From Longimicrobiales bacterium (GTDB taxonomy: Bacteria; Gemmatimonadota; Gemmatimonadetes; Longimicrobiales; Gaopeijiaceae), in assembly GCA_965218295.1 (NCBI GenBank), contig CBDCKN010000001.1, forward strand, positions 1 to 64,000: a stretch of DNA of 64,000 nucleotides, given 5' to 3'. The notes beneath the pieces are model-generated. The model saw nothing but the letters and a program-made list of their open reading frames with translations. It did not search any database and was not told where the DNA came from. Positions 1 through 10,014 of this stretch are shown piece after piece; within the stretch, counting starts at the first letter, position 1, and each line of letters begins with the position of its first letter. A program made the translations under genes and the position numbers.

Positions 1-10
1 GGCCGGCTGG

Positions 11-727
11 ATGGGGAGCTTTGTGCGATCCTTCGCGATCCAGGGCTCGTGGAACTATCGGTCCATGATCGGCTCGGGGTTCGCCTTCGCCCTCGTCCCT
101 TTCCTGCGACGAAGTGGGCTCACCGGAGAGGAGCTGGCCGGCGCGACCCGCCGGCACTTGGAGTTCTTTAATGCCCACCCCTATCTGTCCGGGATCGGGT
201 TGGCGGCGGTGGCGCGCATGGAGTCGGAGAAGGTGGATCCCCAGACCATCCACCGATTCAAGGAGGCCATCCAGGGGTCGCTGGGGGGATTGGGTGATAC
301 CTTGGTCTGGGGTGCGTGGCGCCCGGCGACGCTGCTGCTCGCCCTGGCGCTTGCCTGGGCTGGTGCACCACCGTGGGTTCCGGTGTTTCTTTTCCTGGGA
401 CTCTACAATGCGGGCCATCTGGCGATCCGCTGGTGGGGATTCAGGATTGGACTCGAGGAGGGTCAAGACGTGGCCACCCGACTCAGGGTGGCGGGCCTGT
501 CCCTGATCGCGGAGCGGATCTTCAGCGCCGGTAGCCTGCTCCTGGGGATCCTGGTCGGGGGTCTGCTGGCGAGCCGGCTGGCGATGGAAGGAACGGGATG
601 GCTCTGGTCACTCGGGGGCATAGCGGGCTTCGTGATCGGGGTCCGGTTCGGTCGAAGAGTGCTCCGAGTCGCGACGCTTGTCTTGGTGCTGGCGATCGCA
701 ATGGTCACAGCCATGGGGGCCATATGA
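11..727 (+). CDS. PTS mannose/fructose/sorbose family IID component (may start upstream of window)
   Basis: QGSWNY..M, RHLEFFNAHPYL and LGGLGDTLVW motifs; hydrophobic; directly upstream of HPr and EI. Confidence 0.9.
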   Translation: MGSFVRSFAIQGSWNYRSMIGSGFAFALVPFLRRSGLTGEELAGATRRHLEFFNAHPYLSGIGLAAVARMESEKVDPQTIHRFKEAIQGSLGGLGDTLVWGAWRPATLLLALALAWAGAPPWVPVFLFLGLYNAGHLAIRWWGFRIGLEEGQDVATRLRVAGLSLIAERIFSAGSLLLGILVGGLLASRLAMEGTGWLWSLGGIAGFVIGVRFGRRVLRVATLVLVLAIAMVTAMGAI

Positions 728-1021
728 CTGACAGACGACTCGAGCGCATGGTCCGGGTTGTGAACCTCATGGGGTTCCATGCGCGTCCGGCTGCCGAGTT
801 CGTGCAGCTGGCGGGGGTCCTTCGGGTGTGACATCTGGCTGGAGAAGGACGGCCTCGAGGTGAACGCCAAGAGCATCATGGGCGTTCTCATGTTGGCCGC
901 CGAGAGGGGGTCGCAACTGGTGATTCGAGCAGATGGCAAGGACGCGGAGGAGGCGTTGGAGGCCCTGGCTGATTTGATCGGCCGGGGCTTCGAGGAGATA
1001 CATGGTGTCGAAGGTCTTTGA
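724..1021 (+). CDS. ptsH: HPr phosphocarrier, split by one frameshift near the G-run at ~813-817
   Basis: ATG 724 overlaps the IID stop; GFHARP (His15) in one frame, NAKSIMGVLML (Ser46) in the frame ending at 1021. Confidence 0.9.
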
Positions 1022-2782
1022 CGGCATAGGTGCCTCGGAGGGGATCGGGGCGGGCCGCGTCCACATCCTGACTTGGGGGGTGCCGGACGTCCCCCACCGA
1101 TCCGTGGAGCCCGATGCCGTCGAGGGTGAGGTCGACAAGCTCCACGCGGTGATCGAGTGGGCCAAGGGAAGGCTCCGCGAGCTGGAGGAGTCGACGGAAG
1201 GGCGTCTAGGGAGCGTGGAGGCGCGGATCTTCGAGCCCCAACTCCTCATGCTGGAGGACGACACGCTCATCGAGGGAGCGGCGCTGTACATCCGTGAAAA
1301 CCGCCTTTCGGCGGCGAGGGCCCTCGACTGGCGGATGCTCGAGCTCCAGGCGATGTGGAGCCGAACCGCCCATCCCATGGTCCTTGACCGCATCAACGAC
1401 CTCCAGGACTTGCAGGTCCGGCTTTTGCACGAGCTCCTGGGCTTATCGGATCCCACGGACGTGTCCGGCCTTCCGGAGGGCGCCATCGTCGTTGCCCGGA
1501 ATCTGTCTCCGAGCCTCACGGTCCAGATGGACCCCAACCTCGTCCTGGGGATCGCCGCCGATCTGGGCACGCGGACCGCCCACTGGGTCATGCTCGCCCG
1601 ATCGCTGGAGATTCCGACGGTATGCGGGCTGAGTGTCGTATCGCGTCAGGCCGATGCCGGGCAGGAGGCCATCGTGGACGGGCGCATCGGACGGGTCGTC
1701 CTGGATCCGGACTCCCACGACCGAGAAGTCTTCAAGATCCGCGAGACGCAGATCCAGGCATGGGAGACGGAGATCGAGGTCATCGCCCAGCTCGAGTCGG
1801 TGACCGCCGACGAACAGCCGGTCGCTCTGCGGGCGAATCTCGATCTGCCCGGTGAGGCCGAGCGGGCCAGGGATCACGGCGCACAGGGGGTCGGCCTGTT
1901 CCGGACCGAGTTCCTGGTGGTGGGACGCAACCAGATGCCCGACGAAGACGACCAATACGAGGCATATCGCCGGGTCGCGGAGACGTTCCCCAAGCAGGTG
2001 GTCACGGTCCGGACCTTCGACCTCGGTGGGGACAAGTTCCCCATGTTCCTGCACATGCCGGTCGAGGAGAACCCGTTCCTTGGATGGCGAGCCATTCGAG
2101 TTTGCCTCGACGAGCCCGAGCTCTTCCGGACCCAGCTCCGGGCCATCCTGCGCGCCTCCGCCCACGGCGACATCCGGATCATGATTCCTCTGGTGAACGA
2201 CGTGGAGGAGATTCGTCAGGTGCGCGGCCTGGTCGAGGAGGAGGGGGACCGACTGCGCCGACAGGGCATCCCGTTCAACTCGGGCTATAAGCTCGGAATC
2301 CTGGTGGAGACCCCGGCCGCGGCGTTGGAGGCCGTGGAGCTGGCCAGACACAGCGATTTCTTCTCTATCGGAACCAACGACCTCACGCAGTACACGCTCG
2401 CCGTAGACCGTAACAGCGCACGGTTGGCCAAGCTCTTCAATCCGTTCCACCCGGCCATCGTGAGACAGCTGGCCCAGGTGTCCCGGGTGGGGAAGAGCGC
2501 GGGGATCGAGGTGAGCGTGTGCGGTGAGATGGCCGCCAATCCCCTGGGGGCTTTTCTCCTCCTGGGGTTGGACATCACCACGCTCTCCGTGGCGTGGCCG
2601 TCGCTGCCCGAGGTCAAGAAGATGCTTCGCAGCTTCCGCATCGAGGACGCGCGCAAAGCTATGAAGCAGGCCGTGAACGCTCCACGAGCCGGGAGGTGGT
2701 GGAGTGTCTCGTCGAGGGGATCGGCGGCTCCGTCGATCTAGCAGCCTTCTCAGGGCGGTGGAACTTGTCGCTTCCGGAGTGA
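1002..2782 (+). CDS. ptsI: PEP-protein phosphotransferase (Enzyme I); C-terminus probably frameshifted near 2680
   Basis: TRTAH phospho-His, GVGLFRTEFL, NPFLGWRAIR, FSIGTNDLTQY and CGEMA motifs; protein-like tail continues in the frame ending at 2782. Confidence 0.93.
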
Positions 2783-2854
2783 AGGAATAGCTTCGGCGGG
2801 CCCAGGGGCAGGCCATCCCTCCGTTCCGGTGGAAAACGAAATTCAGGGGCGCCA

Positions 2855-4034
2855 GTGAGCCGTCATCTCTTTACGTCCGAGTCAGTGACCGAAGGACATC
2901 CGGACAAGATCGCAGACCAGATATCAGACGCCGTTCTGGACGCCATGCTTCGTGATGATCCCATGTCGCGGGTGGCGTGTGAAACTCTCGTGACCACCGG
3001 AATGGCCATCGTCGCCGGTGAGATCACGACCACCTCCATTGTCGATCTCCCCGACTTGATTCGGCAGACCATCGTCGACATCGGATACGACGACTCCAGC
3101 TACGGCATCGACGGACGCTACTGCGCGGTCCTCACCACCATCGATCGCCAGTCTCCGCACATCGCCATGGGCGTGGACACGGGTGGGGCGGGGGACCAGG
3201 GAATGATGTTCGGGTACGCCACGGACGAGACCCCCGAGCGCATGCCGGCGCCGATCCAATTTGCCCATGCCCTGACCCATCGGCTGGCGGAAGTCCGACG
3301 CTGCGGCACGTTGCCGTGGGTGCGCCCCGACGGAAAGTGCCAGGTGAGCGTGGCCTACGAGGATGGGGTGTCCCGTGTCTGTCGAGACGGTCGTCGTGAG
3401 CACGCAGCATGCGCCCGATGTGGACAACGAGACCATCCGTGAGGAGATCATCCGCGAGGTGATCTTGCCGGTGATCCCGTCCGACCTCCTGGATCCCGAT
3501 ACGTGCACCTTCCACATCAACCCCACCGGGCAGTTCGTCATAGGCGGTCCCCACGGGGATACAGGTCTCACGGGACGCAAGATCATCGTCGATACGTACG
3601 GAGGCATGGGAGCGCACGGCGGTGGGTCGTTCAGCGGGAAGGACGCCACCAAGGTCGACCGCTCTGCGGCGTATGCGGCTCGCTGGGCGGCCCGGAATCT
3701 CGTGGACGCCGGGGTTGCGTCTCGTTGTGAGATCCAGCTGGCGTACGCCATCGGTGTCGCCCAGCCCGTCTCCATCCACGTCGACACCTTCGGTACGGGC
3801 AAGTGTCCGGACGATCAGGTGGCCTCGGCCCTCAATGAGGTCTTCGACTTTCGGCCGCAGGCCATCATCGAGCAGTTGGGTCTCCGCGATCCCATCTTCC
3901 TTCCGACGGCGGCCTACGGGCACTTCGGCCGCACTCCGGAGAGCAAGACCCTCGAGGACGGCCGGACGGTCGAGCTCTTCACGTGGGAGAGATCGGACCG
4001 GGTCGGAGACATCCGAACGGCGGTCGGTCTCTGA
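2855..4034 (+). CDS. metK: S-adenosylmethionine synthetase, frameshift near 3365-3372
   Basis: [13 protein letters not shown] and GAGDQG in ORF 2855-3442; [11 protein letters not shown] and [14 protein letters not shown] in ORF 3363-4034. Confidence 0.95.
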
Positions 4035-4137
4035 GCCCGCAATGTAGCCGAGGACGAAAGAGAACCCCCGAGAGGCTTCGGAGTACTCCTACATGCAAGC
4101 GGATGGGTTTCCGAGTCCTCGATCAAGGCGAGTGCCG

Positions 4138-4671
4138 GTGCTGGTTCAGGTCTGCGTACAGAGTCTCGGGTTGGACCGTGCGTCCAGCGCACCGGTCGTG
4201 ATCCTTCAGGAGAGCGACGGCGAGCGGGTGCTCCCCATCTGGATCGGGCCGGGTGAGGCGAGCGCCATCGCCATGGAGCTCGCCCAGATGAAGTTCTCCC
4301 GTCCGCTGACCCACGACCTCCTTGTGTCCGTGCTCGGTGGCCTGGGCGGCGCCCTCCAGAAGGTCATCATCAGTCGTGTCGAGGAGAACACGTACTTCGC
4401 CGAGATGATCATCCAACGGAACGGCGAGGTCATCTCCATCGATGCGCGCCCGTCCGACTCCATCGCAGTGGCCCTCCGCATGGAGGCCCAGATCTTCGCA
4501 CACGAAGAGCTCCTTGAGCGGACGTCCATCGAGGTCTCCGAGGATCATTCGGTCGTAGAGTTCGATGCGATAGACCCCGGGCTGGAGCCGGACCAGGAGT
4601 TGGCGGCAGAGGAGCTCAAAGAGTACCTGCGTAAGCTGGCCCCGGAGGACTTTGGCCGCTTCACCCCCTGA
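4138..4671 (+). CDS. Bifunctional nuclease family protein (DUF151)
   Basis: LPIWIG..EA, RPLTHDL and IDARPSDSIA motifs; GTG 4138 start is my estimate. Confidence 0.85.
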   Translation: MLVQVCVQSLGLDRASSAPVVILQESDGERVLPIWIGPGEASAIAMELAQMKFSRPLTHDLLVSVLGGLGGALQKVIISRVEENTYFAEMIIQRNGEVISIDARPSDSIAVALRMEAQIFAHEELLERTSIEVSEDHSVVEFDAIDPGLEPDQELAAEELKEYLRKLAPEDFGRFTP

Positions 4672-4735
4672 CGATCCGCAGTTCCCGAGGCAACATCCGG
4701 AGTCGTCTCCCATTCGCACGCTCCATCTCGTCCTG

Positions 4736-5869
4736 ATGATCACCTGTTCCGGGCTCTCCCTGGGAACATCCCTGGCGATGGGACAGCAGGACGATCTGCG
4801 ACTCCAGGGCAGGGTGATGTTGGGGGACGCCGGGGTCGGTTCGGGGATGGTGACGCTGCATCGTGTGTCACCCGAGGTGGCGGGGGACGTCGACTCGGTG
4901 AGCATCGCGCAAGACGGGGGCTTCGAGTTCGTGATCCCCCAGCCGCCCAGCGCCAGCACGCAGGCGGAGATCCTGTTCGCGTCGGTCCGCTACGAAGGCG
5001 TCCTCTACTTCGGGTCGGCCATCTCCGATCCGGAGCAGCTCGACAGCCTCTACGTGATCAACGTCTTCGGCTCCAAGAAGGCGCCGCCCGAGGGCCTTCC
5101 TCTCCCGTTGAGTGTCCGTAACCTCTTCCTAGAGCGATGGGGCGAGGGATGGCGGGCCACGGACCTCTTCCAGATCCTGAACGGAGGCGAGCGCACCCTG
5201 GTGGCGGCCGAGGACGGCGTGGTCTGGAGCTATCCCCTCCCGCCCGGCGCTACTTCGGCACGGCTCGGTCAGGGAGACCTTCCGCCGGACGCGGTGACGT
5301 TCGAGGGCGGCCGGGTCTTGGTGCGGGCTCCGCTGCCGCCGGGAGAGCGCATGCTCCTCATTCGCTACGAGCTCCCCGAGATCGAGGCCGAGTTTCCCGC
5401 CCCGGGGGCAACCGAGACGCTGGAGCTCCTGGTGAAGGAGCCGGCCCCCTCGCTCGACGTGGCAGGCCTGCGGCCCCTAGACGTGGTCTCGTTGGACGGC
5501 GAGAGCTCGTACCGCCGATACTCCGGAACCAGCCTCCTTGACGCGGTGATCTCCCTGGAAGAGTCGTCGGAGAGACGGCTGCCCTCCATGGCGATCTTCG
5601 CCGCCATCCTGGCGGCTCTGCTGGGCGGGGCCGGCTTACTCGCCTATCTGTGGCCGCAGGGGCAGGTCACGGCTCCTTCGGCCGCCTCGGCTTCTGGAGC
5701 CGCAACCGCTCCTGGGGCCGCGTCGGAGGCCGGCGTCGGACGGGAAGGCTTGATCCTCCAGGTGGCGCGCCTCGACGAGTCGTTGGAGGCCACGACCGAC
5801 CCCGAAGTGCGCCGGGGGATGTCAGCGGAGCGGACGGCCCTCATGGTCCGGCTTCGGGCCCAGAGCTGA
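4736..5869 (+). CDS. Hypothetical exported protein with C-terminal membrane anchor
   Basis: Long ORF in operon direction, signal-like N-terminus, one TM segment near the C-terminus; start uncertain. Confidence 0.6.
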   Translation: MITCSGLSLGTSLAMGQQDDLRLQGRVMLGDAGVGSGMVTLHRVSPEVAGDVDSVSIAQDGGFEFVIPQPPSASTQAEILFASVRYEGVLYFGSAISDPEQLDSLYVINVFGSKKAPPEGLPLPLSVRNLFLERWGEGWRATDLFQILNGGERTLVAAEDGVVWSYPLPPGATSARLGQGDLPPDAVTFEGGRVLVRAPLPPGERMLLIRYELPEIEAEFPAPGATETLELLVKEPAPSLDVAGLRPLDVVSLDGESSYRRYSGTSLLDAVISLEESSERRLPSMAIFAAILAALLGGAGLLAYLWPQGQVTAPSAASASGAATAPGAASEAGVGREGLILQVARLDESLEATTDPEVRRGMSAERTALMVRLRAQS

Positions 5870-5872
5870 AGT

Positions 5873-5938
5873 CTAGTGTTCCGTTTCCGAAGTGTCTCGG
5901 CCAGTCGAGGGCACGGTGCATCCGCAACGGAACACTAG
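5873..5938. mobile_element. Palindromic miniature element (MITE/ERIC-like), copy E1
   Basis: 13-bp perfect TIR CTAGTGTTCCGTT...AACGGAACACTAG; near-identical reverse complement at 45753-45818. Confidence 0.85.
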
Positions 5939-5939
5939 C

Positions 5940-6716
5940 GTGTCCGTCGTGACCACGCCCGCCGTCCTTCTCCGCTCGTTCAACTACAGCGAGACGAGCC
6001 GCATTCTCCGGCTGTACACTCTGGATCTCGGGCTCGTGGGGGTCATGGCGAAGGGGGTCCGGAGGGGAGGTGCCCAGGGGGGGAGCGGCCTCGAGACCTT
6101 CTCCCGAGGCGATCTGACCCTGTACGTGAGACCGACGCGGGACCTCCAAACCTTCAAGGAGTTCGCCCTGCGGGAGAGTGGGCGGGGCCTCGGACGGGAC
6201 GTCGTGCGCTTCGCTGCGGCTTCGGTTCTGGCGGAGCTTGTGCTGATCCACGCAGGATCGGAGGCGAGTCCGGAGGTCTTCGAGCGTCTGACTGTAGGGC
6301 TGAAGCGCATCGAGGATGTGGGGCGAGACGACGTCGTGGCTGCCCTGTTGAACGAAGGATGGATGCTGGTCTCGGCGCTGGGATATCAACCCCAACTGGA
6401 TCCGTGCGTCCACTGCGGCAATCCTCTGACGGACACCGACCTGGGGCGATTCGACTTCGGGGCCGGGGGAGTGCGGTGCCCTGGCTGCGCGGTGGAGATC
6501 GCCGGGCCGTTGGTCGGTCCGGGGGCCCGGGAGCAGCTCGAGGCGCTGCTTCAGGGTCCCAGCGACGGGCCCATCACGAAGCCGAAGGCCCATCTCCAGC
6601 TTCTCCACGACTTCACGGTGTATCACGTTTCGGGCTCCAAGGCCCTCCAATCCTTCCGGTTCCTGGCGTCCGTAGCCCGTCTCGAGTTGAACATGCCCAC
6701 CGGGAACCAGCCATGA
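5940..6716 (+). CDS. recO: DNA repair protein RecO
   Basis: VLLR..YSETSRIL..YT..G....AKG N-terminus; CVHC and CPGC zinc finger. Confidence 0.92.
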   Translation: MSVVTTPAVLLRSFNYSETSRILRLYTLDLGLVGVMAKGVRRGGAQGGSGLETFSRGDLTLYVRPTRDLQTFKEFALRESGRGLGRDVVRFAAASVLAELVLIHAGSEASPEVFERLTVGLKRIEDVGRDDVVAALLNEGWMLVSALGYQPQLDPCVHCGNPLTDTDLGRFDFGAGGVRCPGCAVEIAGPLVGPGAREQLEALLQGPSDGPITKPKAHLQLLHDFTVYHVSGSKALQSFRFLASVARLELNMPTGNQP

Positions 6717-8644
6717 CGGAGAAGAGGCTCATTCTCGGTACGGCCGGCCACATCGATCACGGCAAGACGGCGCTCGTGAAGGCCCTTACGGGCGTGGATA
6801 CGGACAGGCTCCAGGAGGAGAAGACGCGGGGCATCACCATAGACCTGGGATTCGCCGAGCTCGTACCGAAGGATGGACTCCACCTCGGCATCGTGGACGT
6901 CCCGGGACACGAGGGGTTCATCCGTAATATGCTGGCAGGCGCCACCGGGATGGATCTGGTCCTCATGGTCGTGGCCGCCGACGAGGGCATGATGCCACAG
7001 ACACGGGAGCATCTCGACATCGTTCGGCTGTTGGGCGTCGATCAGATGGTGGTGGCGCTCACCAAGTCCGATCTCGTGGAGGACGAGTGGCTCGCCCTCG
7101 TAGAGGAAGAGGTTTCCGAGGCATTGGCCGAGACCCCCTTCGCCGGCGCTCCCGTGGTGAGAACGTCGACGGTGACCGGAGAGGGCATGGACGAGCTTGT
7201 GGAGGTATTGGCCGGTGTGGCCCAGCGGGTAGGGGAACGCTCGAGCGAGGACATCGCCCGCCTCCCCATCGACCGGGCCTTCACGGTGAGAGGCACCGGT
7301 ACGGTGGTGACGGGGACGCTGTGGAGTGGCAGCCTGTCCATGGGTGACAGCGTCATCCTCCAGCCCTCGGCCATTAGCGGGCGGATTCGGGGTCTGCAGG
7401 TCCACGGAGTTCCGGTGGAGCGGGCCGAGGCGGGCGAGCGCACCGCCGTCGCCATCACCGGGGCGGCCATCGACCTCGAGACGGTGAAGCGAGGCCAGGT
7501 GCTCGTGTTGGAGGCCGGCTGGTCGCCGACCTCGATGCTCACGGTGGCTCTCGCGGTCCTTCCCCAAACCGGGTGGACGGTCAAGCATGGACAGCGCGTG
7601 CGGGTCCACCTCGGCACCAGCGAGGTCATGGCCCGGGTTGTCACGCTGGAGGGTGGGGAGGTGCCCCCCGGCGAGTCCGGCTGGGTGCAGCTGAGGCTCG
7701 AGAACCCGCTCCTGGCACGCACCCGCGACCGCCTCGTGATCCGGTCATATTCGCCCGTGACGACCATCGGTGGTGGGATCGTCGCCGAGGCGGTGGCACC
7801 GAAGCGGAAGAAGTTTCGAGCCGGTGAGGGAGACGCCCTCCGGACGATCATCCACGGGGACGCCGCCGAGTCGCTGGGCGCGCACCTCGCCCTCGCTGCC
7901 TGGAGGGGGGTGGCGGCGCAGGAGGTCCCTATACACACCGGACTGGCACCGGACACGGTAGGATCGGCCAAGGCCACCGTGCTGGAGTCCGGAGCCCGGG
8001 AAGCGGCCAGCGACATCTACGGTTCCGTCACGGTGGAAGCCGCGAGGACGCTTCTGGAAGAGGCCGTGGACGCCTTTCATCGGGAAGAGCCCCTCAGACC
8101 CGGCATTGCAGTCGAGCTCCTTCGGCAGAGGCTGCCCACGGGAGACGAGGCCCGTCTGGCCGACCTTCTCCTGGACGAGGCCGCCGCCTCGGGCCGGATC
8201 CGCGTGCAGGAGGGCCTGGTGTCCCGGCCGGAGTATGAGCCGTCGCTCACCCCCCAACAGGTCGCCTTCCGAGAGGAGCTCCTGGAGCTGTATCGGCAGG
8301 AGGGACTGGCGCCGCCGACGGTGGGCGAGCTTCCGGATGCGTCGAGGAACAACCGCGACTTATGGCCTGTGCTCAAGCTGCTGGAGCGTGAGGGGCACCT
8401 GGTGAATCTGGACGACGACCTCTTTGCGGATGCACGGGCTATTGCTGAGGCAGGCGGTAAGGTAAAAAGTCAAATGGCAGGTGCTAAAAGATTGGGGCCA
8501 GCGGACTTCCGAGATGTGCTTCCGGTCACGCGGAAACATCTGATTCCCATCCTGAGCTACTTCGACCGGACGGGGCTGACGCTTCGGAAGGGCGACGGCC
8601 GGGAAGTGGTGTCCCAGGGGGGCGCGGACGCCGCGGGGAGGTAG
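6713..8644 (+). CDS. selB: Selenocysteine-specific elongation factor
   Basis: GTAGHIDHGKT, RGITIDLGFA, DVPGHE; C-terminal winged helix TRKHLIPILSYFD. Confidence 0.96.
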   Translation: MTEKRLILGTAGHIDHGKTALVKALTGVDTDRLQEEKTRGITIDLGFAELVPKDGLHLGIVDVPGHEGFIRNMLAGATGMDLVLMVVAADEGMMPQTREHLDIVRLLGVDQMVVALTKSDLVEDEWLALVEEEVSEALAETPFAGAPVVRTSTVTGEGMDELVEVLAGVAQRVGERSSEDIARLPIDRAFTVRGTGTVVTGTLWSGSLSMGDSVILQPSAISGRIRGLQVHGVPVERAEAGERTAVAITGAAIDLETVKRGQVLVLEAGWSPTSMLTVALAVLPQTGWTVKHGQRVRVHLGTSEVMARVVTLEGGEVPPGESGWVQLRLENPLLARTRDRLVIRSYSPVTTIGGGIVAEAVAPKRKKFRAGEGDALRTIIHGDAAESLGAHLALAAWRGVAAQEVPIHTGLAPDTVGSAKATVLESGAREAASDIYGSVTVEAARTLLEEAVDAFHREEPLRPGIAVELLRQRLPTGDEARLADLLLDEAAASGRIRVQEGLVSRPEYEPSLTPQQVAFREELLELYRQEGLAPPTVGELPDASRNNRDLWPVLKLLEREGHLVNLDDDLFADARAIAEAGGKVKSQMAGAKRLGPADFRDVLPVTRKHLIPILSYFDRTGLTLRKGDGREVVSQGGADAAGR

Positions 8645-8696
8645 TGTCCCCTTACCACAGTGTCTCGGCTCCCGAACTTCGGAAACGGAACACTAG
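8641..8696. mobile_element. Palindromic miniature element, copy E2
   Basis: Reverse complement of 40318-40373 with 4 mismatches; its TAG is the selB stop. Confidence 0.8.
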
Positions 8697-8801
8697 AAGG
8701 CCCTGGAGCACCTCGCGAGGTCGAAAACGAGGGGTGAGATCAGGACTTCGGGGAACCAACGAGTAGCTTCAGGCCTATATGAACTCGGAGTAAACATATG
8801 C

Positions 8802-8830
8802 TTGCAACTGTTTTCGCCGAGAGATATAGT
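8802..8830 (+). promoter_or_regulatory. Sigma70-type promoter
   Basis: TTGCAA-N17-TATAGT in an AT-richer intergenic region upstream of 8911. Confidence 0.65.
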
Positions 8831-8910
8831 TGAGACAAGAAGTGTAGGGTTACAGGCACTGACGCTCTGGAGGGCTATTAGTCCAACGGCTACGGCATGG
8901 GTAGGTGCTC

Positions 8911-9345
8911 ATGAGACGCACATATTGCGTCTTCCTGCTTCTCGCGGTTTTCGGCATTGCGTCTGACCTTTCTGCGCAGGTCACAAGGCCCGCCGAAGGA
9001 CCGGAGAGGGGATTCACATTAGGCCAGAACTACCCCAATCCGTTCAATCCTGAGACGAAAATCCCCTTCGAGCTCAACGAGGGGCTGTTCGAGGATGGTA
9101 GAACGGCCGTCGTATCTGTGCGTATCTTCAACGTGCTGCAGCAGTTCGTGGCCACTCCCACCGCCCTCAATCACCCCAATGGTCAGACGCCCCTGGTCGA
9201 TCTGGAATACACGGCGCCGGGTCGTTACGAGGCTTACTGGGACGGCCTCGATCAGGCCGGACGGAACGTGGCGTCCGGAATCTACTTCGTCCAGTTGACC
9301 GTGAATGGGGAGCGGGCGGTCATCAGGATGTACGTCACCAAATAG
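8911..9345 (+). CDS. Secreted protein consisting of a FlgD Ig-like / T9SS type A sorting-like domain
   Basis: Signal peptide, then LGQNYPNPFNPET..F, WDG.D..G..VASGIYF. Confidence 0.8.
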   Translation: MRRTYCVFLLLAVFGIASDLSAQVTRPAEGPERGFTLGQNYPNPFNPETKIPFELNEGLFEDGRTAVVSVRIFNVLQQFVATPTALNHPNGQTPLVDLEYTAPGRYEAYWDGLDQAGRNVASGIYFVQLTVNGERAVIRMYVTK

Positions 9346-9381
9346 GATCCGTCCGCTCGGAGTGGATCTGTCTCAAGCCGA

Positions 9382-9403
9382 CGCCCCTGAGGGGCGGTTT
9401 TTT
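9382..9403 (+). terminator. Intrinsic terminator between convergent genes
   Basis: CGCCCC-TGA-GGGGCG followed by T6. Confidence 0.7.
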
Positions 9404-9425
9404 GTCTCGGTGCACTTGGGGGCCC

Positions 9426-9878
9426 TTACGAAGCCCGTTCTTCAAGCAGCCTGAGGAACTCCTCCGGCTCCTCGAGCTCCTCCAAGAGCCTCGGGACGTC
9501 GTCGTTCTTGGCGAACTGGGCGATCTTGCCGAGGACAGGAAGATATTGGTTCGAGACCTCGAGGGGTGGAGCGACGATGAGGAAGAAGTTGTGGACGGGC
9601 TGGTCGTCGATGGCCTTGAACTCCACGCCATCCAGCTTCCGCCCGTATGCAAGGCGGAGGCGGCTTACGACGAGGGAGCGACAGTGCGGGATGGCGATCC
9701 CCCTGCCGATTCCGGTTGAGCCGAGATTCTCCCGGCGTTTCAGGGTCTTGTAGAGGATGCTTTCGGACTTCTCATCCAGGTGCAGGAGCGAGACCAGCTG
9801 CTTGAGGGTCTCGTCCTTCGATTCTGCCGCGAGGTTGAGATTGACGACGTCGGCCGTGAACAGCTCCCTGAGCTTCAT
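9426..9878 (-). CDS. ptsN: PTS IIA (Ntr/fructose-type) protein
   Basis: RE..GSTGIGRGIAIPHCR, F.AIDDQPV. Confidence 0.85.
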   Translation of the reverse strand: MKLRELFTADVVNLNLAAESKDETLKQLVSLLHLDEKSESILYKTLKRRENLGSTGIGRGIAIPHCRSLVVSRLRLAYGRKLDGVEFKAIDDQPVHNFFLIVAPPLEVSNQYLPVLGKIAQFAKNDDVPRLLEELEEPEEFLRLLEERAS

Positions 9879-10014
9879 ATCTATTCCTCCGAAGGAGCGA
9901 TCCTTCGCAAGCATCTTGGTTCACCTGCTATGAGCCTGCAATATTCCTCAGGATGGTGGGGGCTGTAAAGCGCTGCCCTTCACCCTTTTCGACGCGGATC
10001 ATACCTTTCCTCAC

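Noticed and set aside
4049..4121. Hammerhead ribozyme (GAGGAC-GAAA ... GA-GTCCTC)
   Set aside because: The required CUGANGA core is absent (TTTCCGA at that position).
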